Shown in pieces: positions 21,545 to 35,718 of a stretch of DNA of 64,000 nt (its first letter is position 1; the number at the start of each line of letters is the position of its first letter). The notes beneath the pieces are model-generated. The model was not told where the DNA came from, ran no database searches, and saw only the letters and a program-made list of their open reading frames with translations. The translations under genes were made by a program, and so were the position numbers. The stretch lies in contig NC_086097.1 in NCBI RefSeq assembly GCF_963921235.1, forward strand, positions 220,908,001 to 220,972,000, read 5' to 3'. This DNA comes from Mobula hypostoma. Lineage: Eukaryota.

Positions 21545-23433
21545 CTGGTAGCAAAAATATCATTTCAAACTACTTTTTTATAGATATGTAAATTTCATAA
21601 ACACTATTTTAGAGAACACTAGTGTGTCACAGATATAATGCATAATCTTCAGTCTTCTGGGTTACAGAAAACCTGATTCATGAAAAGCTGAATTCTCCCA
21701 GCCTCTCAAATATAATATTCTAATCTCTTTACCAAAGCAAAAATAACCCATAGCAAAAAATAATGCTTTATCTAAACTGTCCTTCAGGTAGGATCAATCA
21801 TGACGAACCTGAGTCACCTTTTGTTTGTGTAGATTTCTGTCATTAAGTTGCTAATAGCTTTCTTGTCACTCCACCCAAACTGCACACTATCCATTAATGG
21901 ATGTTATTTAACTTTAGTGAGTTACCTAACATTAGTAAGAGTTGTTTTGAACAGTTGGTGGGACAGGAGATTCAGAAATAATTGCTATGGCTCAGCTGCC
22001 AATCCAGGTCGAGATATACCGAACACCTGGATCCAGAGCAAATGCATACGTAACAGGCTGATCACAAAGAGGCAGATCAAAAGAGCCTGCTTTATGGTAA
22101 TAAAGAGGGATTTAAAAAAGGCATATTAGTAAACCCTCCCTAGCTAACACTTTGAAAGCTTTTGGACTGAATAGATCTTGATTACAGCTTGGTTATTTCT
22201 AACCCTGCCCCCCCAACAACTGTTCATCACCACAAAACCTCTCATATGCTTGCTAAAAGCCAGTTGCTTGACCCAAGACTGACCTAATCAAACGCTTAGC
22301 ATTTGGTTTAGATTAGGTTGGGTATCAAAAATAAAATATATAATAAACAAGCTCAGACTTAATTTTATTCTCAAGCACAACTCTATATGGAAAGAACAAC
22401 AACCAAAAACAGAGAAACAGCTAAAAACAATGTACGATAGAACCTAAAGCTAGTACTGCTCTCAGGACCAGGGCAGCAGAAGTATTTGGAGAGGTTTGGC
22501 TGATGGACAAAAGGGGTGTGGTTGAATCTCAATCTCTATTTTAAAAAATGAAGATATTTTCATATTCCTGAATAAAGTTTGGAAAATAGAAGTTTCGGTC
22601 AACCCAATAATATGGTTCAGCAAATCAAGATGTGCATGGTTAAAGAGGTTTTGATGAAGCAGCATGACTAATGACAGAGCATAACTGTTTAAATGGAGAT
22701 AGGCACACTAACAGTAGCAGAATGTATGTTTTGCCAGTAAACGATGAGTGGAAAGAGAATATATAACTGAGAACCTGGACAAAAATTGCCAAAGAACTGA
22801 GGAGCATTTAGTCCAGGAATGGACACATAGTGGAGCTTGGAGCAGGAAGGGAATATGAATAAAACAGAGATTCCTTTTCCATTATAGGCACAGTGGGACC
22901 ATAAGAGCCAAATGAAATGACAACTTTTAGGGTATGGCTAAGAACATGGATGAGAGAATTTATGATGAAAGTTTTTTTGAGGAGAAGTAAACAATAAACA
23001 CTTGTACATTTCTATTCACCCCCTACATTCATCTTCAGACTAAGCTGTTTCTCCTAGCCCCAGTACTGCACTAAGGTTCAAAGTTCAAAATGTATTTATT
23101 ATCAAAATATGAAGACTGCATACAACCTTGAGATGTGTCTTCTTGCAGGCAGCCACAAAACAAAGAAACTCAAAAGAATGCACAGAAAGTCCCACACAAC
23201 AAAGACTGTCAAACACCCAAATGCGAATAAAAGAAGGAATTGTGTAAACAATAAAAAAGTAAACAAGTAACACACTGTGACTGATTACTTGTACTATTTC
23301 AATTTCTTCATTTTATAAAAATCAGCATTTTGCTATTTAATGGTAAATAACTGAAACAGAACCTCTAATGTCAAATGAAAATGTTTACAAATGTTAAAAG
23401 CAATTACAATGTCCTCATTAAAATTGTGAATAC

Positions 23434-23560
23434 CTTAGTGTGGCTCCCTCAGTCTCCAACACATCTCCATCCTTTAGATAGGTATATTGGGCTTCACCGT
23501 TTCCAACCATTTCTTTCTCAGGTGGTTTGCGTGGAAGTTTGCTAATCTGAACATTGCCAC
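23434..23560 (-). CDS. LACTB2: LACTB2 coding exon 3 (127 nt; [42 protein letters not shown])
   Basis: AG at 23561-23562 and GT at 23432-23433; frame continuous with exons 2 and 4; too short for the ORF track. Confidence 0.93.
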
Positions 23561-24489
23561 CTTATAACATATAATCAAATATTGACAAAAGAAAATATAA
23601 TTAATTTACAATCTAAAATGATATTGCAGAACTGGTTGATAATACAAACTCAAAATACATTTCAAAAATAAATCTGCACAAGATGCATGTTTTCGTGGGC
23701 CCACACTGTGGGGCGAAGGGCTGTAATGGTCTATGTTCAATGTTTTCAGACAATATAGACAAATGAATGTCAGCCTTTTCAAATTAAAGTACCATTTTTA
23801 ATTCACGTATAATATTCCATAATTATACAAATAATGTTGAATAGTGAAATAGAAACATATTTCATTTATTTTAAGATTCTACTGACCACTGCCATTGCAT
23901 GCCATAAATTCTGGAATTTCCTTATTGAATATTACACTTGACTTCAGAGAATCTGAAGGAATACAACATCTTGGAAAATTAATGTAGAGAAACACTGTGC
24001 ATGTGATTTCCTTCTGTTTCTTTTTCATATTATACAAACAAACTTCCGGTTTAATTTGGTGACTTCTGGCTGGTGGCTAATGAAACAAGGAAAACAACTA
24101 AATCAGAATCAGATTTAATATCACCACACATGTTGTGAAATTTGTTAACTTTATGGCAGCAGTACAATGAAATACATAATATGTTTATGTAAAAAACTGA
24201 ATTACATTAAGTCTATTATATATGTCTATTAAATAGTTAAAATAAGTAGTGCAAAAAAAACAGAAATAAAAAAGCTGTGAGGTAGTGTTCATGGGTTCAA
24301 TGCCCATTTAAAAAGTGGATGGCAGAGGAAAATACCTTGTTAATCACCCTTTTTCTGGTAAGTGATCATTGCAAATGATAGTCTGTAACTTCCCTTTGAA
24401 CTTGGAGGCAATTCGATGTGGCAGAACTGAGGCGAGGTGAGGCGGCAGGCCCGTTGCCGAGAGTGAGGAAGACAGGGTTTGATCGAATC

Positions 24490-24825
24490 AAGTGCCAGGC
24501 TGAATCGGAAGGACTGGGTACAGGCCGAATTGAGGCAGCGGAGTCCAGTCCCCAGAGTGTATCAAAGCAACTGAACCCGATGTTTGGACCATTTTTGAAG
24601 TGCCAAGCCGAATTGGCAAGATTGGGTACAGGCCAAATTGAAGTGGTGGGGTCCAGGCCCCAGAGGGTATCAAAGCAACTGAATGTGATATTTGAATGAC
24701 AATTTAAGTGCTGGGCTGATTTGGAAAGGTTGAGTACACGCCAAATCGAGGCGTAGGGTCCAGGTCCTACAGCATATCGAAGCGACTGAACCCAACATTT
24801 GGAAGATGATTTAGGTGCTGGGGTA
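24490..24825 (+). repeat. About three diverged 108-bp tandem units inside a non-coding retroposon (about 24410-25140)
   Basis: aagtgc...ggtacaggcc.aattga...atcaaagcaactgaa recurs at 24490, 24598 and 24706. Confidence 0.75.
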
Positions 24826-26454
24826 GCTTGAGAACATCAGGGTGTTGGGGCCCAAGGTGAGGGTCAGGCCGGTTCAATTCGTTGCTCTGCGACGTTTAAC
24901 TCGGCTCTGCGCTGAACTAAGGGTCTGGAGACAGACTTTCGGTGGACTTCAGTTCAGAACGCTATTTGCTTGTATTTATTATTTGCATGATTTGTTTTTT
25001 TTTCTCTGCACTCTGGGTGTTCGACTTTTTTTTATGGGTTCTTTAGGGTTTCTTTTTTTCATGGCTGCCTGTTAGGAGATGAATCTTAAGGTTGTATAAT
25101 GTATACATACTTTGAAAATAAATGTACTTTGTACTTTAAAAACCTCAATAGGTATTTTAGTGTATAGTGAAAATTAATGCTATCTAGCATCAATGCAATT
25201 ATTCTATCTTGGGATCCCAAGTATCCTATTTATGCAGCTACACCCAATCCATTAAAATATAACTGGAATTTGAATTTCAAAGTGACACAGAAATTACACA
25301 AATTCCTATTGATAAGGTATTTTGTATTTTTTAAGGGAAATGCATTACAAAACTACCACAGTCTTCATTCAAACTGCTCCGTGCTGTTTTTTGTAAACCA
25401 CTTACAAGCTACTGAGTATCTGAGTTATTCCTGATCCTTAAAGTGCTTCAACATTTTATTCAGAGTTCTGTGTCTCTAGTTGCTATGAGTAACCTCTGAA
25501 GGAAGATGATAATCACCATATGGGTGACAAATTTCTTTTTAAATTACATCATGTTAATCCTTACTATAGAAATCTCATTTACAGAAAATGCTGGAAATAC
25601 TCAATATTATCAGGAAGCAACTATGAACAGAGAAACACTGTTAGTACTTTAGGTTGAAGACCCTTCATCAGAAAGAGAGAAAATAAGCTACTTTAAATTG
25701 CAGAAAGGATGGGTGAACGATTGATAGGGCAAGGGTTATATTCTGACACAATGAAGCTCGGGCAAGCATAAAAATAGGAGGAGGATGATCTGTTGACAAT
25801 GACGGTTGGTGGGATGAAATGTGAGGACTGGGGAACTCTTATCCTTTCTGTACACAAAGATTGGTGATGACCGCAGACATGCTGAGAATAGATCTAAGAG
25901 CAAGGAACGAGCCGACATTTGGTCATTGCTGGAATGGACTTGGGGCTGAGTTGAAGTGGCAGCGCCCAGGTCCAAGAATGAGGAATGAGCCACTGTTTGG
26001 CCGATTTAAGTACCAGGACAGATTGAAAAGGTTGGGGTGTTGGGCTGGAAGCCATGGACGGGCCGGTGTTCATCTCACTGCTTCACGAGGTTTACTTGTC
26101 TCTGAGGCTGTGGCCTGCAACTAACAGACTCCTGGACTGACTGCAGCAATGATCTGGCTTCATGGGGTGGAATCACTTTTGTGAACTTTAGTTCTGAGTG
26201 CAATTTGATTACTTTTTATTGGTTGCATGATTTGTTCTTTTTATTTTCCACACATTGGGGGTTTGACAGTCTTTCTATAAAATGGGGTTCTATTGGGTTT
26301 CTTTATTTTGTAGCTACCCGTATGTTGTGTACAGTATACATACTTCGATAATAAGTATACTTTGAACTTTGAGACGAGATGGACACTTCACAATTTCCAA
26401 CACCTTTAATACGGTTTCACCACTAGATGCATCCTGCCTTCTTTTCAGTGTTAC

Positions 26455-29400
26455 ATAAGACATAGAAGCAGAATTTGGTCATTTAGTCTGTTGAGTCTGC
26501 TCCACCTTTTCATCATGGCTGATCCATTTCTTTCTCAACTTCATTTTCCTGCCCTGACTAATCAAGAACCTATCAGCTTCTGCCTTACATACACACAACG
26601 ACTTGGCCCCCACAGCTGCCTGTGGCAATGAATTCCACAGATTCAACACCCTCTGGCTAAAGAAATTCCTCTTCATCTCCATTCTAAATCGACATCACTC
26701 TATTGAGACACTGCCCTCTGGGCCTAGACTCCTCCAACATAGGAAACATCCTCTCCACATCCACCCAATCTGGGTCTTTCAACATTTGACTGGTTTGAAT
26801 GACATTCCTCTCATTCTTCTAAATTCCAGCAAGTACAGGCCCGGAGCCATCAATCGCTCCTAATACGATTAGCCTTTCATTCCTGGAATCACCCTTGTGA
26901 ACCTCCTCTGAACCCTTTCCAAAATCAGCATATCTTTTCTTAAATAAGGGGCCCAACACTGCTCACAATACTCCAAATGAAGCTTCACCAGAGCTTTATA
27001 AAGTTTCATCATTAAATCAATGTTTTTATATTATCATCATCATCATCATCATGTGCCATGTCATACGATGTGGGCAATCATTCTCTTCCATCTGTCCATG
27101 ACCATGATAGTTCTTGGCAATTTTTTCTGCATAACTGGTTTACCATTGCCTTCTTCTAGGCAGTGTCTTTACAAGATGGGTGACCTCAACCATTATCAAT
27201 ACTCTTTAGAGATTGTCTGCCTGGCATCAGTGTTCACATAACCAGGACTTGTGATATGCACCAGCTGCTCATACGGCTATTCATCAATTGCCCAATTGTC
27301 CTCTTGGTTCACATACCCTGATTCGGGGAGGAGGGTGCTAAGCAGGTGCTACGCCTTTCCTGAGGGTGACCTGCAGGCTAATGGAGGGTAGGTGTGCCTT
27401 ACATCTCCTTTGGTAAAGACATATCTCCAACCTGCCACATATTCTAATCCTCTCAAAGTGAATGCTAACATCGCACTTGCCTTCCTCACCACTGACTCAA
27501 CCTGCAAGAAAATCTTTAGGGAATCCTACACGAGGATTTAGAAAATAGTCTATGCTTTTATTCCTCTTATCGAATGCATGATCATACACTTCCCGATACT
27601 GTACTCCATTTGCTACTTCTTTGCCTATTCTTCTAATCTGTCCAAGTTTTGCAGCTTCCCTGCTTCCTCAGCACTACCTGGCCGTCCACTTATCTTTGTA
27701 TCATCTGCAAACTTGGCCAAAAAGCCATCAAATTCTATCATCCAAATCATTGACATATAATGTAAAAATAAGTGGTCCCAACAGAGACCCCTGTGGAACA
27801 TGACTGGTGTCCTGTCATACTCACTTCAATAATAAGCAAACACTTTGAGAGGATGCTCAAGGACTACATCTGCAGCTTGCTACCACCCACACCGGACCCC
27901 CTACAATTCGCCTACCAACACAACCGATCGACAGATGACACATTAGCCACTGCTCTACATACCGTCCTTACATATCTGGAAGAGAAGGATGCTTATGTGA
28001 AAATGCTGTTCTTGGACCACAGTTCAGCATCAACACCATAATTCCCTCCAGGCTCTACAAGAAGCTCAGAGACCTTGGCCTTTACCCTGCCTTGTGTAGC
28101 TGGATCCTGGACTTTCTCTCAGATTGCTGGCAAGTGGGCTCTCTCACCTCTGCCCCTCTGACCCTCAACACAGTTGCCCCTTAGGACTGTGCTATAAGCC
28201 CCCTCATTTACTCTCTGTATACCCATGACTGTCTCACCACCCACAGCTCCAATCTGCTAATTAAATTTGCTGACGACACTGCACTGATTGGCTTGATCTC
28301 TAATAATAAGACAATAACCTATCCCTCAACGTCAGCAAGACGAAGGAATTGGTTGTTGACTTCAGAAGGAGTAGCGGACCACACGACCCAATTTACATCG
28401 GTGGTGCGCAACTGGAACAGGTCAAAAACTTTTAAGTTCCTCGGGGTCAATATCACAAATGACCTGACTTGGTCTAACCAAGCAGAGTTCGCTGCCAAGA
28501 AGGCCCAACAGCATATTTACTTCCTGAGAAAACTGAAGAAATTTGGCCTGTCCCCTAAAACCCTCACTAGTTTTTATAGATGCACCATAGAAAGCATTCT
28601 TCTAGGGTGCATCACAATCTGGTATGGAAGTTGTCCTGTCCAAGACCGAAAGAAGCTGCAGAAGATCGTGAACACAGTGCAGCACATCACACAAACCAAT
28701 CTTCCGTCCATGGACTCACTTTACACCGCACGCTGTCAGAGCAGTGCTGCCAGGATAATCAAGGACACGACCCACCCAGCCAACACACTTTTCGTCCCTC
28801 TTCCCTCCGGGAGAAGGTTCAGGAGCTTGAAGACTCATACGGCCAGATTTGGGAACAGCTTCTTTCCAACTGTGATAAGACTGCTGAACGGATCCTGACC
28901 CGGATCTGGGCCATACCCTTCAAATATCCGGACCTGCCTCTCGTTTTTTTGCACTACCTTACTTCCCATTTTTCTATTTTCTATTTATGATTTATAATTT
29001 AAATTTTTAATATTTACTAATTTAACTATTTTTAATATTTAATATTTGTAATCCAGGGAGCGTGAAGCGCAGGATCAAATATCGCTGTGATGATTGTACG
29101 TTCTAGTATCAATTGTTTGGCGACTATAAAGTATAATGAGGCAGCCTACAGAGAAGAAGTCACCACCCTGACACAGTGATGTCAAGAAAACAACCTCTCC
29201 CTCAATGTCGCATAAACAAAGGAGCTGATTGTGGACTACAGGAGGAATGGAGACAGGCCAGCCCCTATTGACATCAATGGATCTGGGGTTGAAAGGGTGA
29301 ACAGTTTTAAGGTCCTTGGCATAAACATCTCATGTGGTCTGTACATACTGACTGTGTGGTATAAAAGGCACAACAGCGCCTTTTTCACCTCAGACAGTTG

Positions 29401-30410
29401 AAGAAGTTTGGTATGGGCCCCCAAATCCTAAGAACTTTCTATAAGAGCATAATTGAGAGCATCCTGACTGGCTGTATCACTGCTTGGTATGGGAACTATA
29501 TTTCCCTCAATTGCAGGACTCTGCAGAGAGTGGTGTGGACAGCACAGCGCATCTGTAGATATGAACCTCCCACTATTCAGGGCATTTACAAAGACAGGTG
29601 TGTAAATAGGGCCTGAAGGATCATTGGGGACCTGAGTCACCCCAACCACAAAGTGTTCCAGCTGCTACCATCCGGGAAACGGTACCGCAGCATAAAAGCC
29701 AGGACCAACAGGCTCTGAGACAGCTTCTTTCACCAGGCCATCAGATTGCTTAATTCGTGCTGACACAACTGCATTTCTATGTTATGTTGACTGTCTTGTT
29801 GTACATACTATTTATCATAAATTACTATAAATTGCACATTTAAACAAAGATGTAACGTAAATAGTTTTACTCATGTAGATAAAGGATGTAAGAAATAAAG
29901 TCAATTTAACTCACTGGCAGCCAACCGGAAAAGGCTCACTTTATTCCTACTCTTTGCCTCCTGCCAATCAGCCACTACTTTATCCATGCTATTATCTTTC
30001 CGTAATACCATGGGCTTGTAGTTTGTTAAGGAGCCTCACGTGTGGCACTTCTACAAGTCTACAACTTCTACACTTCTACTTCAAAGGCCTTCTACAAGTC
30101 CAAGTACACAACATTCCATCAATTCTCCTTTGTCTTTCCTGCTTGTTATTTCTTTGAAGAATGCCAAAAATTTTGTCAGGCCAGAATTTCCCTGAAGTAA
30201 ACTATGCAGACTTTGGCCTATTTTATCATGTTCCTCTCAGTGCCCCAAAACCACATCCTTAATCAACTCTAACATCTTCTCAACCACTGAGGTCAGGCTA
30301 ACTGGCCTACATAATTGCCTTTCTCCTGCCTTCATCCCTTCTTTAAGAATGAAGTGATACTTGCAATTTTCCAGTCCTCCAGAACCATTTCGGAATCTAG
30401 TGATTCTAAA
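26455..30410 (-). mobile_element. Old CR1 in three pieces (about 26455-27010, 27440-27800, 29912-30410) split by later insertions
   Basis: RNFFSQRVLNLWNSLP at the 3' end, KFADD region near 27700, RPVSLTSVV near 30290, all collinear on the minus strand. Confidence 0.7.
27803..29762 (+). mobile_element. Rex1/Babar-type LINE fragment containing a younger Rex1-type copy (28311-29136)
   Basis: DPLQFAY, KFADD and FLRKLKKFGLSPKTLTSFYRCTIESIL...FGNSFFPTVIRLLN motifs; (ATAAAGT)n tail near 29125-29136; host resumes at EAAYREEV. Confidence 0.82.
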
Positions 30411-31814
30411 GGGATTGTGGCTTTCACATCTCCCTGGACCACACTTCCATCTCCACCAACTACCTCCTCTCTTGTAGTACTTTCTCATGCAACGAGATAC
30501 AATACCTGTTGCCACCAAACAGGAACCTAAGCATTCCTTCCATGGGAAGCAATGGATCACATGCACTTATTCTATCCTAGGGTACAGCAATTGGTTTCCT
30601 CTGTACTGGAGAAAATAAACACATACTTGGTGACCGCTTTGTCGAGCAGCCGTGTTCAGTCTGGACTTCCTCTTGCCTGCCACTTTAATTCTCTAACCTT
30701 TCCCCATTCTGACCTGTCTGTCGCCTCTTGCACTGTGATATGGTGGACTAATGGAAACGAAGCACAGTACCACAGGAAGATGTAGTATCTTCCATTTGGG
30801 CATCTTACAGTATTACAGATTCTAATCCAATTAATAATTCTACTAATTGGATAATTAATAATTCAATAATTTGTTTTCTCTGTTCCAATAGACGTGTCTG
30901 ATTTTACTGTGGTTCATCTTCCAGCAAAATGGTGCCTGTGACTAATGTCAACATCTTACAAAACTACCGGATACTCTCCTTCTCCTAGACATATTTCTTC
31001 TTCTGAACTGTGATCGATTGCAGCCTATAATTTCCTTTTTAAGAATGTATTTTTTGGCTGACCAAGCCATCTGGTGCTTCTGCAATCTCTTGGGGACTTG
31101 GCATGGTGTGCAACTGTGGCCGTCTCTGGGCGTGGCTGCACCGATTCCTAATGGCAGAAGGCAAACCCATGGTCAGCTCCATTACTCTGCACTGAGGATG
31201 ATTAACATCGACGAGGACGAGAGCTGAAAACGAATGGGTGCTCAGTGCTGTCTGCTTGTGTTGACCGGTCTCCCTCTCACTGCTGCCAGCTGAAGGTGAA
31301 GAAATCTTGGGTCAAAGACTCAAGTTCAACCACCTCGGCAGCTCGTGGATGTTGACTCACATCTGGCTGTGGCTCGATGTTTAATGTCCCCAGTGCTGAA
31401 CAAGCTTTACTATTTGAACAATGTGATTGAAGTGCTTTGGCGCTGAACTAGATCTGCAGCTGTGGCCTGCAGCCATCGACACAACACTGAACTGACTGAC
31501 TCAGTGACAGTGGCTGCAGCCATTGACTTCTCATCTAGTTTCACTTGCCTCAGTGGGTATATACATACTTTGATAATAAAAGTGCTTTGAACTTTTGAAC
31601 TTGGTCTACATTAGTCATTTTTTCCCTGTATAACCACAGCTTAATCAGCTGACATGTTCTACACATCTGCATTCTGCAACTTCTATTTGCATTTTAGCTG
31701 TTTTTATTAATCCATCAAGTAGATAACTTCATCCAGAGATTATCCCTTGGCCTCTATCTAGATATTCCCTTTGTCCTATCCATCCATTCCCCACCCCTGC
31801 CAATTTAATAATAA

Positions 31815-32210
31815 CTTATTTATAGAGCATTTTCCATACAAGTACTTCAAAGTGCTTTACAAAGGGATAAAGTGCAACCATGAAAATAAAAGACAAAAAG
31901 ATGTTAGTTAAAGCAAGGTTAAATAAATAGGTTTTGAGCTGGTGTTTAAATGTTACGTGAGTGTTAATAATCCTTATAGTTTTAGGTATTGAGTTCCACA
32001 GTTTAGGAGTATAGTGCAAAAATGCTGACCTGCCAATTATCTTTCAAGGAAAATTGTTTAAATTTAAAAGATCAGTGAAAGAATATGTGACAGGTCGTGC
32101 AGGACTATAAAACAAAAGGGAAATTGCATTGTACTCTGGTCCCAGACCATTGAAACTTTTAAAACCAAGTAACAAAACTTCAAAATAGATTCTAAAAATT
32201 ACAATTTAAA
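31815..32210 (-). mobile_element. L2 LINE 3' fragment
   Basis: PKLWNSIP...FKHQLKTYLF C-terminus and gtaaagcactttga...gctctataaataa tail. Confidence 0.75.
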
Positions 32211-32211
32211 A

Positions 32212-33045
32212 CTATGCATACATCAGGATGTTCAATATCGACCACAGATCAGCATTCATTATTATCAACTTCTCAAAACTAATCAATAAACTTCGAAACC
32301 TGGTCTCAATACTTCCTTATGCAATTGGACCCTCAGTTTCCTCTCTGGCAGACTCCAGGTGCACCACAGGCTGTGTGATTAGTCACCTGCTCTTCTTGTT
32401 TAGTACCTATAGTTTTATGGCTAAGTATAGCTCCAAAGCCATATTTAAGTTTGCTGATGACACCACTGTTGTATGCCGAAACAAAGTTGTGATGAATCTG
32501 CACAGCATAAAGGAGGTAAAATGAAAATCTGGCTGAGTGGTAGTACAACAATGACCTCTCACTCAATGCTAGCAAGACCAAGGAGCTGATTATTCACTTC
32601 AGGAGGAGGAAACTGGAGGTCCATGAGCCAGTACTCATAAGTGGAGAGAGTTAGCAATTTCAAATTCCTCAGTGTTATCACTTTAGTTGTCCTGTCCTAG
32701 GCCCAGCACGTAATTGCAATTACGAAGAAAGCACACTACTTCCTAAGGGGTTTGTGAAGATTCAGCATGGCATCTAAAACTTTGACAAACTTCTATAGAT
32801 ATGTCATGGAGAGTATATTGATGGGTTGCATCACAGCCTGGTAGGGAAACGTCAATGCCCTGGAACAGAAAATCCTGCAAAAAGTAGTGGAATCAGCCCA
32901 AACCATCATGGATAGAGCCCTCCGTACCAACGAGCACATCTACACAGAGTGTTGTTGCAGGAGAGCAGCATCCATCATTGGGGACCCCCATCACCCAGGT
33001 CATGCTCTCTCTCACTGTTGCCAACAGGAAGAGGGTACAGGGACT
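32212..33045 (+). mobile_element. Degenerate Rex1/Babar fragment
   Basis: IFKFADDTTVV and IIGDPHHPGHAL motifs with many stops. Confidence 0.7.
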
Positions 33046-33283
33046 TTCAAGGACTCTTCATCTCATGTTCCCGCTACAGTATTACTTTTCTTTCTCTTTA
33101 AATTTGCACAGTTTGGTGTCTTTTGCATATTGGTTGTTCGCCCTGTTGGTGTGCTCTCTTTCATCGATCCTATTATGTTTATTGAATTCATTCAGTATGC
33201 CTCCAAGAATTAATCTCAGGGTTGTATTTGGTGGCATATATGTACTTTTGATGATAAATTTACTTTGAACTACTCTCTTTCCC

Positions 33284-33467
33284 TCCTGTCCACCCAGCTG
33301 AAAATGAGTACCAGCAAAATGCTGGGCTGGGGGTTAACCTCGCGATAGACTGGCGTCCTATCCGGGGGGGGGGGGGGAGTCTCGTACTCTCAATTGCTTT
33401 ACGCCACGGAAACCGGCATAAGCACCGGCCTGACAAGCCTAAAAGGCTCGGGACAGACTTTAACTTA
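33284..33467 (+). mobile_element. 5'-truncated Nin-domain-type SINE
   Basis: ctgtccacccagctgaaaatgagtacc core, gcgatagactggcgtcctatcc-polyG, gaaaccggcataagcaccggcctga 3' part; imperfect TSD actctctt(t)ccc at 33272-33283 and 33468-33478. Confidence 0.6.
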
Positions 33468-33683
33468 ACTCTCTTCCCAGTCCTGAAATGTTAACTCCAC
33501 TGTCCAACCTGCTGAGTATTTCCAATATTTTATAATTTTATTCTTGATTTCTAGCGTTTATTGTTTCTTTGATTTTCATCTGTCATTTTCAAATGAGAAA
33601 TCACCGTTCATTTGAGAGGAAGACTTGGTTATTTTGAGGAAAATTACCAGTGGCAGGAAAACCCTTCAAGTTGGCAGACTTAC

Positions 33684-33847
33684 CTTCAACAACATTTTTC
33701 AAGATATCTGGTATGCCTCCAACATGATCAATGTGCCAATGTGTCACCAGAATTTCTTGAATACTGGTATTCTGTTGGACCAAAGTTTCTTTCAAACAGC
33801 TGATGTATTCAGGTACCGCTGGTTCACCAGTGTCAATTAAGAATCGT
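33684..33847 (-). CDS. LACTB2: LACTB2 coding exon 2 (164 nt; [22 protein letters not shown]...[18 protein letters not shown])
   Basis: HxHxDH metal-binding motif and LIDTG; AG/GTAAGT boundaries. Confidence 0.97.
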
Positions 33848-35718
33848 CTGTAGGAAAAGTATTATGATATCTCTCAGGAACTTGACATTTTATTTTTAAA
33901 TTTACTGCTTGAATTTTTAAATCTTCAGTATACTAAATGGAGTACCAGTTCCTAAGCCAAATGATTAAGTATTAACAGGCAATAATATTTGAAAAGTCAG
34001 AAGAAAGGATTAATTTCAATGTGGTCCTTGTTTTTTTTTTAATTCCTTGGAGATGTGAGCTGATCAATCGTTAGGTTTCCCATGGTTAGCAACTCCCCAA
34101 AACTTCTCCTCCATTTATGAGGCATGAGCCAGGAGAGCACCTGAATACTCTCCACTTGTGGAAAAATAATAGTCAAGAAATCAGACACTGCCTGCTTGAT
34201 TGGCACCCCATTTAAAAACAAAAATTGCTTCAACCATTAAAGTATCACAGTTACTATGTACTATCCACAATATATCTACTGCAGTTACTTGCTACTCTGG
34301 CAGCAACTGGGGAAACACAAAGCTTCTTACATTAATTACAAGGTCAGCAGGTTCATAGGAACACCTCTCTCTGCAGATTCCCCTCTAAGTCACATAATTA
34401 AAAGAGTTTGGATGAGACCACGTCTATATTCTGTTGATGATATTTTATTTAACTGGGTGGCAAACTTCAGAGAACAAGCACAGACTTTTTTTTTTGCTGA
34501 GCACAGAAAAAGATGATGAAGGGAATCCAGGTTCAGGAGAATAATAAAGTCATTAGCAGCATAAAGATCAAAGTCAAGTTTATTGTGATATGCACTGGTA
34601 CATATTTGCACAGGTGTGATGAGAAACTTACTTGCAGCAGCATCACAGGCATATATCATCATATAAGCAGTATTCACAACAAATTAAATATAATTTATAC
34701 ACGTCTTTACAAAAAATAACAATTAAAACATGTCTATTTTACTGTATGGTGTTGCTAAACTGTAATGATTATGGTTTTGTCGGTTGGTTCAAGAACCGAA
34801 TGGTTGATGGGAAGTAGCTGTTCTTGAACCTGATGTGGCACTTCAGGCCTTCTGTACCTTCTGTTCAATGGGGAAAGATGGCAGGAGTAATTGAGTCATG
34901 CAAAACATATTTTTCTGCATACTGTAAGATGACTATGGTATTACATAGAAACATAGAAAATAGGTGCAGGAGTAGGCCATTCGGCCCTTTGAGCCTGCAC
35001 CGCCATTCAGTATGATCATGGCTGATCATCCAACTCAGAACCCTGTACCTGCCTTCTCTCCAGAAGGAGAGGGAGCTGAGGGAGACTTGTTCATTCTGAG
35101 AATATGTTCCGGATGTAGATTAGAGTGTGCAGGATAATATTTGCATTTAACAGTCATAGCTATGTGCGAAGCAAGGACAGAAATACAATAAGCAGTTAAG
35201 TGGCAGATAGAATTTAATACAATGTATAATGAATGAGGGAAGACAATAATCTCAACAGCACGGTGCTAAAGGGTATGTACAAACCCAGAGAACTGGTATA
35301 CAGTATATCCAAAATCTTTGAATGTGGCTGGGCATACACATGTATAGCAGAAAGCAAGATCCTACAGTTCACTGAAGTATGAGTACGAAAGCAGCAGTAC
35401 TATTTAGTACCTTTATAAAACACTATGGCGCATGATGTCCAATCTGATTCACCAAAAAGAAGGATGCCAATACACTCTGGAGGGTGCAGAAGATTTCTTG
35501 TAATGGCTCTAGTAATTAGGAATCTCAATTACAAGGTTAGTCTGAAGAATCTGATGCTGCTCTCCTGGGAGGAAAATTTGAGGAGATTATAGAAGTGTGC
35601 AAGATCACAGTGGGTTTAGTTAAGGGAGAGAGAAGCTACTCACTTTAACAGATGCTTAAAGACTAGGATTACTGATATAAAGTGATGCATAAAAGATGCA
35701 GGTAGATATTAGGACTTT

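Noticed and set aside
27030..27440. RTE-type 3' end with (CAT)n tail
   Set aside because: Clearly an insertion splitting the CR1, but no coding motif supports a family call
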